A stretch of DNA of 64,000 nt, taken from NCBI GenBank assembly GCA_043228905.1, contig JBHGNT010000008.1, positions 19,344,001-19,408,000 on the forward strand. Direction: 5' to 3'. How positions within the stretch are numbered: position 1 is the stretch's first letter; the number at the start of each line of letters is the position of its first letter. The position numbers were made by a program, and so were the translations under genes. The notes beneath the pieces are model-generated. The model saw nothing but the letters and a program-made list of their open reading frames with translations. It made no database searches and was not told the origin of the DNA. The DNA comes from Azolla caroliniana. Its lineage: Eukaryota > Plantae > Polypodiophyta. Positions 38,084-50,145 of the stretch are shown piece by piece.

Positions 38084-39133
38084 TAGAGTCTATGAAGAAT
38101 ATGACACTGACGATTTGTTAAGATTTCACATTATTAATACAAATTTTGGGTTTTACCTAGTGGATTCTATTCTTTATAATCTTCTATATGTTTCAATTTT
38201 ATTTTTATATACTTGATTAGTAGATTTATGACATTGGTTTCACCGCGTGCATAGCTAACTACCAAACTTATGGAGAAACATGAACTAGTTTAAATGGAGG
38301 CTGATTTTGGTCCAAGCTAACCTTAACAGAACATGGCCCTATAATTGTTGCCATGACTGTCCATGTTGTTATTATGGATCTTTGTCTTCTATTGTTAAAA
38401 CTATTATGTTTCTATTCCATTGCTGCTTAGATTGTGTAGTGTGTTGATAATGGTTCCAGTTGCGTTATCGTTCGGAGTTTGATCTTGTGTGAATCACCTA
38501 AGCAATAGAGTAGATCAATTTTAAATACAGGTATGAAAGCCTAATAGGTTTGTTATTTCCACGACATTATCCTAAAGTTCACTGCCTTACATTGTCCACA
38601 ATTATAAACATATGGTTTGATCCCATATGAACAAACTGAGGAATAGATTAGATCAATTTTAAATACAAGTATTGAATACTTTAATAAGTTAGTTATTCCA
38701 ATCACTTATCCTAATGTGCACTATCCTACATTTTCCACAATTACATACATGCATGTATGGGTCAAAGTATAAATTATATCTCATTTTATTAGTATGGATA
38801 CAAGTACACCTGATATTTTTGTAAAACTTACCTAATTAATATAAGTCTTTAAGTTAGTGTTTCCCTTGTTGCACAGTAGTGACATATTGAGCCATAGTTG
38901 AACTTTATTATGCCTACATTAACTTATCAACATGTTTAAACTTGCATGATTTCTAATGATCTCCACTCGTAGATCTATCATGTATTTTTATATTTGCAAA
39001 TTCTCATCAAGTTGAGGAACATGTGATACTAGTGCATCCAATTTTTGTAGAGAGGGTGTATTTGCTTCATTTTAAGAAGATTCTACAAGTGGAATGCGCA
39101 ATCCTTCCACTTGTGAACGCGAACGTGTTCTAT

Positions 39134-42100
39134 GTCGGACGCTACCTCAACTAGTGCCTCCAGTCCGGAAGATGTATGGTTCGTCGATTCCAGTGCCTCG
39201 AACCATGTGACATCACATCAAGAATGGTTCTGAGAACTTTGAGAGCCGGACCGACCTGGCTATGTCGAAACCGGAGACGACACTACGCACCCAATTCGGC
39301 ACATCGGCAATGTTCCGTTCGGAAAAGAATGTAAGCAAAATTACATTAAAAATGTCTCGCATGTACCGACCATTACGAAGAATTTGGTCTCCGTCAGCCA
39401 AATTGTAGAGCAAGGGATGCAAGTTCGATTTAATCAAGGCGGTTGCTTCATCGAAAAAGAAGGACGACTCATCGCATGCAGACGAAGAGAGGGCCGGATG
39501 TTCATTCTCGATTCACGCGAGATGAAATCTACCATGTTCGCGAAAAGCACAAAAGCTGACTCTGACATAGAGCTATGGCACAAGCGAATCGGCCACATCA
39601 ATCTCAACAAACTCAAAGCAATGAAATCGAAAGGAGTTGTCATCGGACTCCCGACATTCAAAGAGAAGGAGATTGAAGGTGTATGCGAAGCATGCCAATT
39701 CGGCAAGCAACACCGACACCCATTCCCGAAAGAGCGGAACGTGAGCAAAGGTCTACTCGACGTAGTCCATTTCGATGTATGGGGACCGACGCAGATGGAT
39801 ACATTCGGTGGATGCCGATATTACGTGCTCTTCATCGACGACTCCTCTAGGCACACTTGGATCTACCTAATGCAGCAAAAGTGCAGAGTGTTCGGAGACT
39901 TCCAAAATTTCAAGAATGAAGTTGAGAAAGCCACAGGCCGACATGTACGATGCCTTCGATCGGATGGCGGCAAGGAGTACTTCTCGGACGATTTCACGGC
40001 GTACCTCCGAAAGGAAGGAATTCGGTGAGAATTCACTTGCCGACACACTCCGCAACAAAACGGAGTAGCCGAGTGCAAAAATCGGCACATCCTCGAAGTA
40101 GCGAGGGCCATGATGAACGAGAAGCATATGCCCAAGTCATATTGGGCCGAAGCTGCAAATACGGCCGTCTACCTAATGAACCAGTGCACAACATCCGGCG
40201 TGCACGAGGTCACTCCACACGAAAAATACTTCGGAAGGAAGCCGGATTTATCGCACATCCGGATATTCGGCGCGATAGCGTACGTGCACATCACCGACGA
40301 GAAGCGTCAAAAGCTTGACCCAAAGGGGTACAAGTGCTACAACCCCTCAACTCAAAAATCTCGAGTAAGTCGAGACGTCATTTTTGACAAGTCTGCATCC
40401 TGGTACACACCATAGACAACTTCGCCTCCGCTCGACCCAGAATTTGCCGAACAAGAGATCGAGGATGAAGATCGCCCTACGCGCATGATCGAAGGAAGTC
40501 CGATCACGACCCGACTGAGCGGACCACAAGAGCCTTTGAGCGATCAAAGCACATCACGGCCTAGCCAGAAGATGGACAAAGGCAAGGCTAAAATGGCGGA
40601 ATATGAAGACGATCGCTTCGACGACGATGAATCGACTCACTCACTCAACAGTGAGTTCGGCGGCTTCGATGTACCAATCGGAGCTAAGAAAGCCCTCACC
40701 TCTACAAATGAAAAGCTCCGCCGATCCACTCGTGAAAAGAACCCCGTAAGCCGATTCGGCTACAACGAGTATATGGCGTACCATTACGCCTTTATGATGA
40801 AGGTAGCGACAGTACGGGATCCGGAAACCTTTTCAGAAGCCGCGAAGGACCCACGATGGATCGAAGAAATGAACGAGGAGATGCAGGCACTACGGAAGAA
40901 CGAGACGTGGGATCTCGTTCCCACCTCACCACACAAAAAGGCGATCGGATGTAGATGGATCTACAAGGTGAAGTATAACGTTGATGGCTCCGTAAACCGC
41001 TACAAAGCTTGACTCGTAGCTAAAGGATACGCTCAGACGCATGGTGTCGACTACGAAGAGACCTTTGCCCCGGTGGCAAAGATGACGACGGTGTAGACCG
41101 TAATTGCGATTGCCGCGGCGAAAGGGTGGCACCTCCATCAAATGGATGTCAAGAACGCCTTTCTACAAGGCGAATTAGAAGAGGAGGTGTACATGATCCA
41201 ACCACCCGGTTTCAACTCAAGCACCCATCCGAAAGCTGTTTGTCGACTCAAGAAGCCACTCTACGGCCTCAAGCAAGCACCGCGTGCTTGACATTCGAAG
41301 ATAACGCAATATCTTCATCAAATCGGCTTCCGTATGTCAAAATCGGACAACTCCCTCTACATACGAAGCGATTCCGCAAGTCCTATCGTCATCATTTTAT
41401 ATGTGGATGACCTAGTCATTGGAGGTGAGCATCTCGTCGAAATCACTAAGGTCAAATACCTCCTTTCCGACAAGTTCGAGATGACGGACATGAAGGAGCT
41501 CCACTACTTCCTCGGCATTGAGGTAATTCGGACTCCAGCCGGAATCATGATCTCTCAATGGCACTACATCCTCAACTTGTTATACAAGTTCAGGATGGCT
41601 GAGTGCAAATCCGTGGCAACCCCGCTCGATCGTAATCTCAAACTAGATGCGATCTCCGGCACCAAAGTGTGTGAGCTGACTCAGTATCGGCAACTCATCG
41701 GGAGTCTCATCTACCTCACGATCACTCGACCTGATCTCAGTTATCCGATCGGTCTCCTTAGCCAATTCATGCAAACACCGCGTGATACTCACTTGGATTG
41801 TGCTAAGCAAATTCTATGATACATGAGCAACACAATGGATTGCGGCATCCTCTACAAGACCGTGATGCCAATACGACTCGAGGGGTACACAAATGCCGAT
41901 TGGGCCGGCTACAAAGCCGATAGAAGATCAACCTCCGGATTTGTTTTCTCCCTCGGCAGTGGAGCAATATCCTAAAGTAGCAAGAAGCAGCCTATCGTCG
42001 CTCTTTCGAGTACGGAGGCGGAATACAGGGGCGCAATCGTAGCTGCATGTGAAGCCGTCTTGCTCAATAGGATTTTGAAGGATCTAGGCGTACCCATCAA

Positions 42101-42386
42101 GGATCCGACTTCCCTTTACTGCGACAACATGAGCAGTATCTATCTGGCTCGGAACCCGGTGTTCCACGCGCGGACAAAGCACATCGAAGTGCACTATCAC
42201 TTCATTCGAGAGCGCGTTCTGGCTGGCGATGTCGACCTACAACACATTAGCACCAATCTTCAAACGGTTGACATCTTCACCAAAGCCTTAGGAGCCGACA
42301 AGCTATGGCAATTTATGAACGATCTTGGATTGACGATCCTTGACCTGCCAAGCTTGAGGGGGAATACTGAAGACACTACGCAATAA
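39134..42386 (+). pseudogene. Copia B pol (protease, integrase, RT, RNase H), multiple stops
   Basis: WFVDSSAS, LWHKRIGH..CEACQFGKQ, LRSDGGKEY, LYVDDL and RTKHIEVHYHFIRE. Confidence 0.92.
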
Positions 42387-43247
42387 CGTGTGGATTCCGC
42401 AACCACGCAATGAAGCAGCGAAGAGCCGATCTACCGCGCAAAGCCGCGAAGAAAGACGCAAGCCGAAGCACAGACTTCGTAACTACGTACAACGCAAGTT
42501 GGAGCACAGATTCCGCAACTCCGCATAAAGTGAGCCGACGCGAGTCGACATGGACTCCGGAACGCGAGTCGAAGCGGATTTCGGATACCGTCTGAAACCG
42601 ACCCGACTTGAGCTTGAGGGGGCGTGTTGAGAATCAAGCTCAACTTGGTCTAGTGTGTGAACTCACCTTGAGAGTGAATAGACACTCCAATGGTCAAGAG
42701 TCACCATTAAGTCACTTGTTTGTATTCTAGCATTTAGTATGAGTCATAAAATCATATTCTATGACACATAACTTATGAGCTTTCACATTCCCCATGCTCC
42801 ATGAGCCTTGTAGTTAATGAAGAGAGAGGGTGACTATATAAAGCACCCTCCTCCCACCTTGTATTTGGTTGAGTCTTTCTCCTTTGTTAATATACTTTTA
42901 ACCTTGCGTATACTTTGTGTGTATGTCTCTCTCTCTCTATCTCTCACACACACACACACAGTTCAGACCTATTCCGCTTCACAAGAATCCATCTCTTGAT
43001 TCTTTTCAAAGTCCATACGGACTGACAGAAGTACGGTGTACTTCAATGCTCACACAAGCATCTGACACTAACTATGAGACATTAACTACCTAGTAGTCTA
43101 GGCTGCTACTAGGCTTCCGGTTACTGATGGATCCAGCTAACCGGCTCCCCAGCTCACCAACTCACCGATCTGGCTCATCCTTCCAGATGCAGATCCGGCT
43201 CAGGCTTATTCAGCCGATCCGGATCCAGTTGAGCTTGCCGCTCAACA

Positions 43248-45030
43248 CTTAGCTAAGAGTCGTTCCTTGTAGCGATTTACCGAGTTGTCGACATTATATT
43301 TTACTTTGAAAATCCATCTACAATCGATTGCTTTCTTGCTTGAAGTATGGGGGATGAGATCCCATGTCTCGTTTTTGCTTAAAGCCTACATCTTTGTTGG
43401 GAATCCGGTCCCTCTGGATGAGAACCAAATTCCTTTCGGATCCATCTTGTCCGATTTGGTTCCGTCCTTCATCTCGTTTGATCGGCACGTCTGGTTCTCA
43501 TCCTAATCCCATATGGAGGGACCGAATTCCCAACAAACTCCCCCTTCACTCCGGCACATAATGTCTTGCTAGTCCGATCCATCTCTGTCATGCATCCAAC
43601 TTGTCGGTTGACAACACCTTGGTCAACATGTTCGATTCGTTCTCTTCCGTGTGGATCTTCAGTAGCACGAAGTCTTGGTCTTCTATTCTTTGCCAGAGCC
43701 ATTGGTATCTGCGATGGATGTGTTTCATGCTAGAGTGGTACACCATGTTCTTTGCAAGGTGGATGACACTTTGACTGTCATAGTAGAGCTGGAATTCCTC
43801 CTGTCGGATCCCTAGCTCTTCAATGAAGTCCTTCATCTAGAGTACTTCCTTGCCGGCTTCCACGGTTGCCATGTACTCCGCCTCTGTTGTCGACAATGCA
43901 ATGGACTTCTGTAGCCTTGACTGCAATGATACGGCTCCCCATGCATATGTCATGACGTATCCAGATGTAGACCGGATGATATCTACATCAGCCGACATGT
44001 TCGAATCCGTAAAGCCTTCCAGTAGGGGTTTACCGGAGCCGAATTGGAGGCACATGCTCAAGGTGCCTTTCAAGTATTGGACTATCCACTTGACAATGTC
44101 CTAGTGTTCTCTTCCTGGTTGACCACTTTGACTACATATTCGATATCCAACCGGGTACACACCATTGCGTACATCAAGCTTACGATGGTACATGCATATG
44201 GTACCTTTATCATCTCCGACTTCTCTACCTTTGTCTTCAGGCTCTGCTTTTTGGATAGTTTGTAGTTTGCCGGACGTGTTGACCTGACATGCACGGCCGT
44301 GACTTTGGATCCAATTTTTCTTTCTTGACCTTTGCTACATGCACGTAGGTGAGACAACCGAACACCTTCATATGCCGGTAAGACACGTCTTTACCGGTCC
44401 ATACTCTCTAATATCTATGATGTGTCTCCGTTCAAGGGTGTTGAGGGTGATCTATTTTTTGCATACGTCGCTGTCATCAACGCCTCAACCCAAAATGTCT
44501 TGGATAACTTAGCATGAGCTAGCATGCTCCGGACTCTCTCCATCACCGTCCGGTTCATCCTTTCGGCCAATCCGTTCAGCTCCGGTGTCTTCGGCACGGT
44601 AAATTCGAGCCGGATTCCTTTTGACCGGTAGTACTCCTCGAACTGCCCTCGATATTCTCCTCCATTGTCCGCTCGAACCATCTTCAGCATCCAGCCGGTT
44701 TCCCTTTCCACTCTCGCGGGGAACTCCTTGATGACGGTCAGTACCCGATCCTTCGTCTTCAGTGGTGAGACCCACAATTTCCGGCTGTGGTCATCTATGA
44801 TTGTCACGAAGTACTGTGATCCGGCATGGGAGTTCGTGTCCACTTGGCATACATCGGTATGCACAAGCTCCAACGGTTCTTTCCGTCTTGCCGGTGATCA
44901 GGTTCGGAAAGAGGTTCATTTTGCTTGCCGGCCAAACAGTCGGTGCACTTCTCAAACTGCACATCTTTCACCCCTTGAAGGAGGTTATCCTCGACAATTC
45001 TTCGCATCCCCCCAAATGAGGTCGTTGCCT
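43248..45030 (-). mobile_element. Truncated Tnt1/Tork-like Copia fragment (integrase, RNase H, PPT and 3' LTR part)
   Basis: RADNGGEY, TPELNGLAERMNRT, SIALSTTEAEYMA and KHIHRRY motifs. Minus-strand PPT gaagggggag near 43538-43547 is followed by TGTTGG at 43535. Most of the RT is deleted. Confidence 0.8.
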
Positions 45031-45199
45031 CTAAGTCTCACATTGTTGTAACTTCCTCTCATAGTGATAGTTGGAGTCTGTGGGCTCCCGTGGTTTTTTC
45101 CCGATTAGGGTTTTCCATGTTAACATTCAGTGTCATCTCTGTTATCTGTGTAAATGCATTGCTACTTTCTGTTTTATTTCTTCCATTGTGAGTTTGAGA

Positions 45200-46075
45200 C
45201 TCGGTGGTGGCCGAGCACTATTCCGCACAATCTCCTTGTTCATTGCTTCGATCCATCATGGATCCTTGGCTGCCTCGGAAAAGGTTTCCGGTTCTTGGAC
45301 AGTCGCCACCTTCATCATAAAGGCATAGTGGTATGCCATATACTAATCGTAGCCGAATCGATTAATCGAGTTTTCTCTCAGGTGGAGCGACGAAGCTTCT
45401 CGTTTGTAGAGTCTAAGGCTTTCTTCGCTCCATTTGTCCAGATGGTTGGGATGTCTAGGTCTTCGAACTCATTGTCAAGGGAGGGAATCGAGTCGTTGTC
45501 AATTGGATCTTCATATTCTGACATATTGGCCTTCCCTTTGTCGAGTTTTGGACTCGGCCGAGATGTGCTTTGGTCACTCAGGGGCTCCTGTGGTCCACTA
45601 AGCCGTGTCGTAATCAGACTTTTCTTCAAACATGTGTCTGAGTCGAAATTCGTCTTCTATCTCTCGTTCGGTCGATTCCAGGTCAATTGGAGTTGAAATC
45701 GGAGTCATCTTTGGGTCGTACCAGGATGCCGACTCGTCGAAAATGACGTCTCGACTTACTTGAACTTTTCGGGTGCACCAGGATGCCAACTCGTCGAAAA
45801 ATATGTCTCGACTTACTCGAACTTTTCGGGTAGAAGGATTGTAACATTTGTACCCCTTTTGTTTGAGTGAGTACCCTATAAGGATACTTTTCTCCGACTT
45901 CGGGTCAAGCTTTTGATCGAGCCGAATATCCAGATATGTGATAGATTCGGCTTCTTTCCGAAGATCTTTACCCCATAAGTTGTACATCTGTTCATGACAT
46001 AGACAACTGTGTTAGCCGCTCCTACCTAGTAAGATTTCGGCAAGTTTTTCTCGTTTGTCATGGCCCTTGCTACCT
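45200..46075 (-). pseudogene. Copia integrase C-terminus/RT-start fragment closely related to B (probably internal remnant of Z)
   Basis: KGYKCYNPSTRKVRVSRD and YMAYHYAFMMKVATV..PETFSEAAKDP, similar to 40320-40880. Confidence 0.75.
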
Positions 46076-46280
46076 CTTGTAGAGAATGTGACTCGAACCT
46101 CTAACCTATAACACACCCAATATGTAGTATTAGATAAACCATTTGGAAACCCTTAAGTTATATGTAAATTGTATAGGGTTAATATTGTATATTTGGAAAC
46201 CTTTACATTATATGTACATTGTATATGGTTAATATTGTATAGCATATTGGAAACCTTTACGTTATATGATTCTGCCAACA

Positions 46281-48877
46281 ACACGGCATACGACGGCACA
46301 CCACAGTCTGGAGCAGAACGGAATTGCCGTGTGGATGAATTAGACAATTCAAGAAAGGATAGTTCCATGCTTCAACACTCTGGACTATCGGATGGCTTCT
46401 AGGCAGAGGCACCACTTACGACAATACACATAATCAATATGTTGCCTAGTAGGCCTCTAGGACTTCGGATACCTCAGGAACTATGGAACGGCAACAAGCC
46501 GAATTACGACAAGCTGGGTGCAAGGCATATACCGTCATATCGAAAGACGATCGCCGCACACTTGCACCAATGTCCAGGAAATGCATTTTCCCCGATTACG
46601 GACCAGATGGAGAAATCGACTATCGACTCTAGGACCTCGAGCACAGACAGATCATCCGAAGTTCGGACGTAGTGTTCAATGAGTCAGCCATGCATCAATC
46701 GGCCGAAAAGCCAATCGAAGTCCAAAGGGTAATTTTTTCGAATGTGCCAAACCTTCACAAAGGCCCAACACACAACACAAGATCGGGTTCACAGGTAGCC
46801 GAAACCTCTAGTACCAACTCGGTAGAATCTAACTTGGCACAGTCGAATGTTTCGGCTTCTGACCATCCGACTTGGACACCTGATGCGACTAGTCTAGTCA
46901 TACCTCGAAGATCTGAGAGACTGTCGTAGCCCCTGGAGAGATACTCTCCTGAAATCTTCTTTACGGATGTCGGAGAACCGACTTCATATGAAGAAGCATA
47001 TACATCTACTGATTCGGCCAATTGGCATCTGGCAATAGAGTTCGAGATGAACTACATTCGAGCAAACCAAACTTGGGACTTGGTCGAACTACCGAAAAAT
47101 CAACGTACTCCTCCATGCAAATGGGTCTATAGAATTAATGAGATGTTCGAGTTGGCCATCGCAAAATTCAAGGCTTGACTAGTTGCGAAAGGGTTTCAAC
47201 ATGAATATGTGTTGATTTCGACGAAATATTTTCACCAGTGGCGAAAATGACGACCCTTAGACTCATGCTCAACTTCGTGGCAGCCGAGGACTTAGAGCTG
47301 GTTCAGTTAGATGCCAAAACTGCATTCCTCCATGGTGATCTAGAGGAGGAACTTTATATGGAACAACCGAAAGGCTTCGTCGCACCCGGCCAAGAATATC
47401 TAGTCTACCAACTCAAGAAGAGTCTTTACGGGCTGAAACAGGCACCGCGGCAGTGGTATAAGAAGTTCGATGACTTCATTCAGTCGGTCGGCTTCTCAAA
47501 GAGTGATGCGGACCACTATCTCTTCACGAAAACTACTCAAGATGGGTCACCCATCTTCCTCATCATCTATGTGGACGACACGCTAATCTCCAGTCGGCAA
47601 GTCGGAGAGTTTGCCAAACTCGTTTGGCAACTACGGCTAATGTTTTCCATGAAGGACCTTGGTCCAGCAAGACACATTCTCGGCATGAAGATTAGTCGAA
47701 ATCAAAATCAAAATCGAAGACAATTGTTTCTGTCCCAATCCGACTATATTAGACGTGTCCTCGAACACTTCAACATGCAATCGGAAAAATCTGTTTCGAC
47801 CCTGCCCCCCATTAGCCTTCGACTATCTCACCAAGACTGTCTAACATCTGATTCAAAGGGTGAAACTATGAAATCGGTACAATATGCACCGGTAGTCGGC
47901 TCCTTGATGTACGTGATGGTCGCTACACAGCTTGACATTGCTCACACCGTAGGATTCATCAGCAGATTCATGCACAACCCTAGCCGATCGCATGGGAATG
48001 CAGTAAAGCATGTGTTCAGATATCTGGTGGGCACAAAAGACCTTGGCATTCTATTCGGTCCGAATGACACTTCAAGCGTAGTCGGTTACACTGACTCGGA
48101 CTTTGCCGGCTGTGTGGACAGTCGAAAATCGACAATTTGATACTGCTTTGAGTTCAGCAATGGAGCAATCTCGTGGAAATCAAAACTTCAGGAGTGCACA
48201 TTTTGCTCTGTCGAAAAATCTGGTTCACCGCAACGCCTCGAAGCACATCGACTTTCGATATCACTTTGTTCGAGACTGCATAAGTTCAGGGAAAATCGGC
48301 CTCAAGAAGATATCTATAGCCTATAATGTTGCAGACGGGATGACCAGGTGTCTTTCAGTACATCGATTCTGATCCCTTTGGCACCAGATGGGTGTAACGA
48401 AGAATCAATCCGATTAAGTCGGACACTTAGGATGTTTTCGAACAGTCGACTTCGACAGTTCGAAGTTCGGCTTTAGTTTCCCCAACCTCGGCCAGTTCGA
48501 CCTTTAGTTTTTCGAAGTTCATCGACTCGAACGGAATTTCGATTTGTTCGAAAACTTTGTATCAATCTTTATTGTACATTTATTTTGATTTACATAATTT
48601 CGATGTATATGCCCATTATGGGGGAGTGTTGAATGCGGGTCTCTAATGAAGTATTCACATTGTCTCCTTTTGTACACACTAGGTTTAGGCTATTTATGTA
48701 AATAGTAAGAAGGGTAGTTGCCCTAAGTCAGTCAGTACATAAACTGACTTTGTAACCTAGTTTTGTGGTTTATATAATTTAGTTCATCTTGTGCCCAACG
48801 TCTCTCTCTCTCTCTTGCGTTCTAAGTGGCTCATTGTCTCTGTTGCCATCAATGCTTGCATCCACTTATGATCCTCA
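46281..48877 (+). mobile_element. 5'-truncated Tnt1/Tork-like Copia fragment (integrase end, RT, RNase H, PPT, 3' LTR from about 48627)
   Basis: KTAFLHGDLEEELYMEQP, IYVDD, YTDSDFAG and KHIDFRYHFVRD motifs; PPT tgggggag then tgttgaatg. LTR right end uncertain. Confidence 0.8.
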
Positions 48878-49386
48878 CCTTAGGAGAGTGTTGATTTGTT
48901 TCGCACTAGACGACCGCGTCTCCAACACCCCATTCTGTCGAACTCTCTAGGATTGTTCCTACCATCTTGCCATTGGTAGGAGTTGCATTCTCGTGTCATT
49001 GGTAGGAGTTGCACCATTTCATCATCATCGATGACGACGTTGATCGATCCAAGGGCGTCACACAACTCCTTAATCTTCAAGGTATAGCTAGTGATCGACA
49101 TATCCCTCTGTTGCATGTTATTCAACTCCTGTCGAAGCTGGAGCTTTCGTGCAGCCGTATTGACCGCAAAAATCTTCTTGAGATTGCCCCAAGCTTCTTT
49201 CGGCATTTTTGACTCTCGATTATAGCCAAGCATGTGATCATGAACGCATGATGCAAGGCAATACAACGCACGACTTGTGACCTGCTCCCACGTTGGGTAG
49301 TCGGCATGTGTTGGGTTGAGTTGCGTTTCGTGAGCTCCTTCGATATAGTTCTAGTAACCTTGTCTGACAAGGTATTGACACATCTT

Positions 49387-49768
49387 GTATTCCCAAGATG
49401 CAAAGTTTGTCCTGTCGAGCTTCTTCGTAGGAAGAGTGCTTCCCATATGAGTATTCATGGTGTCGATTTCTTTCTTTGTTGCTTGAACTGGTTCTAACAA
49501 TCGTCAGTGTTGTGTATTCCCAAGATGCAAAGTTTGTCCTGTCGAGCTTCTCCATAGGAAGAGAGCTTCCGATATGAGTATTCATGGTGTCGATTTCTTT
49601 CTTTGTTGCTTGAACTAGTTCTAACGATCGTCGGTGTTGTGTATTCCCAAGATGCAAAGTTTGTCTTGTTGAGCTTCTCCGTAGGAAGAGCGCTTCCCAT
49701 ATGAGTATTCATGGTGTCGATTTCTTTCTTTGTTGCTTGAACCGGTTCTGACGATTGTCGGCGTTGTG
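49387..49768 (-). repeat. Three tandem copies of about 127 bp covering the leader and gag start of Copia Z
   Basis: gtattcccaagatgcaaagtttgtc at 49387, 49514 and 49641; each copy encodes a MNTHMGSALPTEKL..NFASWEY-like sequence. Confidence 0.9.
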
Positions 49769-49820
49769 ATCACAACACAGTTGAGCGAGTTTGATCAGAT
49801 AACCACACACTATGATACCA

Positions 49821-49892
49821 TGTAAAGAAGGTGAGACGTAGGTGGTGCTATGCAATGGAAGCGAACTCTGTGTGTGTGAGTACACGTAAGGC

Positions 49893-49957
<65 letters not shown>

Positions 49958-50145
49958 CGAACAAGAAGTTGTATGAGTAAAAATTGAATTACATCCAACT
50001 AATAAATAAGTTACAAAAGGTTGGTTTAAATACCAATTGATCTAGGGCAAGTGCCCTTTCTATTAATTACAAATCTAGCCTAGTATGATGTCCACTGGCT
50101 AGTGTGACATTGTCTCTATGGGGAAGTTGAGTTTGATTCTCAACA
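49821..50145 (-). repeat. 5' LTR of Copia Z
   Basis: TG...CA ends, adjacent PBS, internal (GA)n run, followed by TSD AAAGG. Confidence 0.88.

Larger units (their letters stand above)
19932..39129. mobile_element. TIR DNA transposon, Sola1-like (about 9.1 kb without the nested Gypsy), 36-bp TIRs, 4-bp TSD CTAT
   Basis: Left TIR 19932-19967 aacatgttcgcgttcacaagtggaagaatcgcgcat; right TIR 39094-39129 matches its reverse complement at 33/36. CTAT at 19928-19931 and 39130-39133. Removing the element restores the Copia frame (A N S M S D A). Confidence 0.9.
18400..43008 (+). mobile_element. Ty1/Copia element B inserted in the 5' LTR of A, TSD AAGTC
   Basis: LTRs at 18400-18754 (TG mutated to TA, about 23-bp deletion) and 42625-43008. 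AAGTC at 18395-18399 and 43009-43013. PBS TGGTATCAGAGC at 18755-18766; PPT at 42611-42624. Confidence 0.95.
12834..43247 (-). mobile_element. Ty1/Copia element A; its 5' LTR (18163-18399 + 43014-43247) is split by element B
   Basis: tRNA-iMet PBS (gctctgatacca, 18151-18162); LTR ends ctcaaca at 43247; internal gag-pol relic. Confidence 0.9.
12715..50145 (-). mobile_element. Outer Ty1/Copia element Z (rearranged) defining a 37.4-kb nested TE block, TSD AAAGG
   Basis: Ends TG(12715)...CA(50145), with AAAGG at 12710-12714 and 50146-50150. 12715-12790 matches 49821-49897. Minus-strand PBS TGGTATCA lies at 49813-49820; gag relic at 49010-49712; probable integrase/RT-start relic at about 45200-46075. 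Confidence 0.85.

Noticed and set aside
46078-46280. Possible solo LTR (TG...CA with internal 50-bp repeats)
   Set aside because: The flanks do not form a TSD and no partner was seen; left as an unassigned junction fragment.
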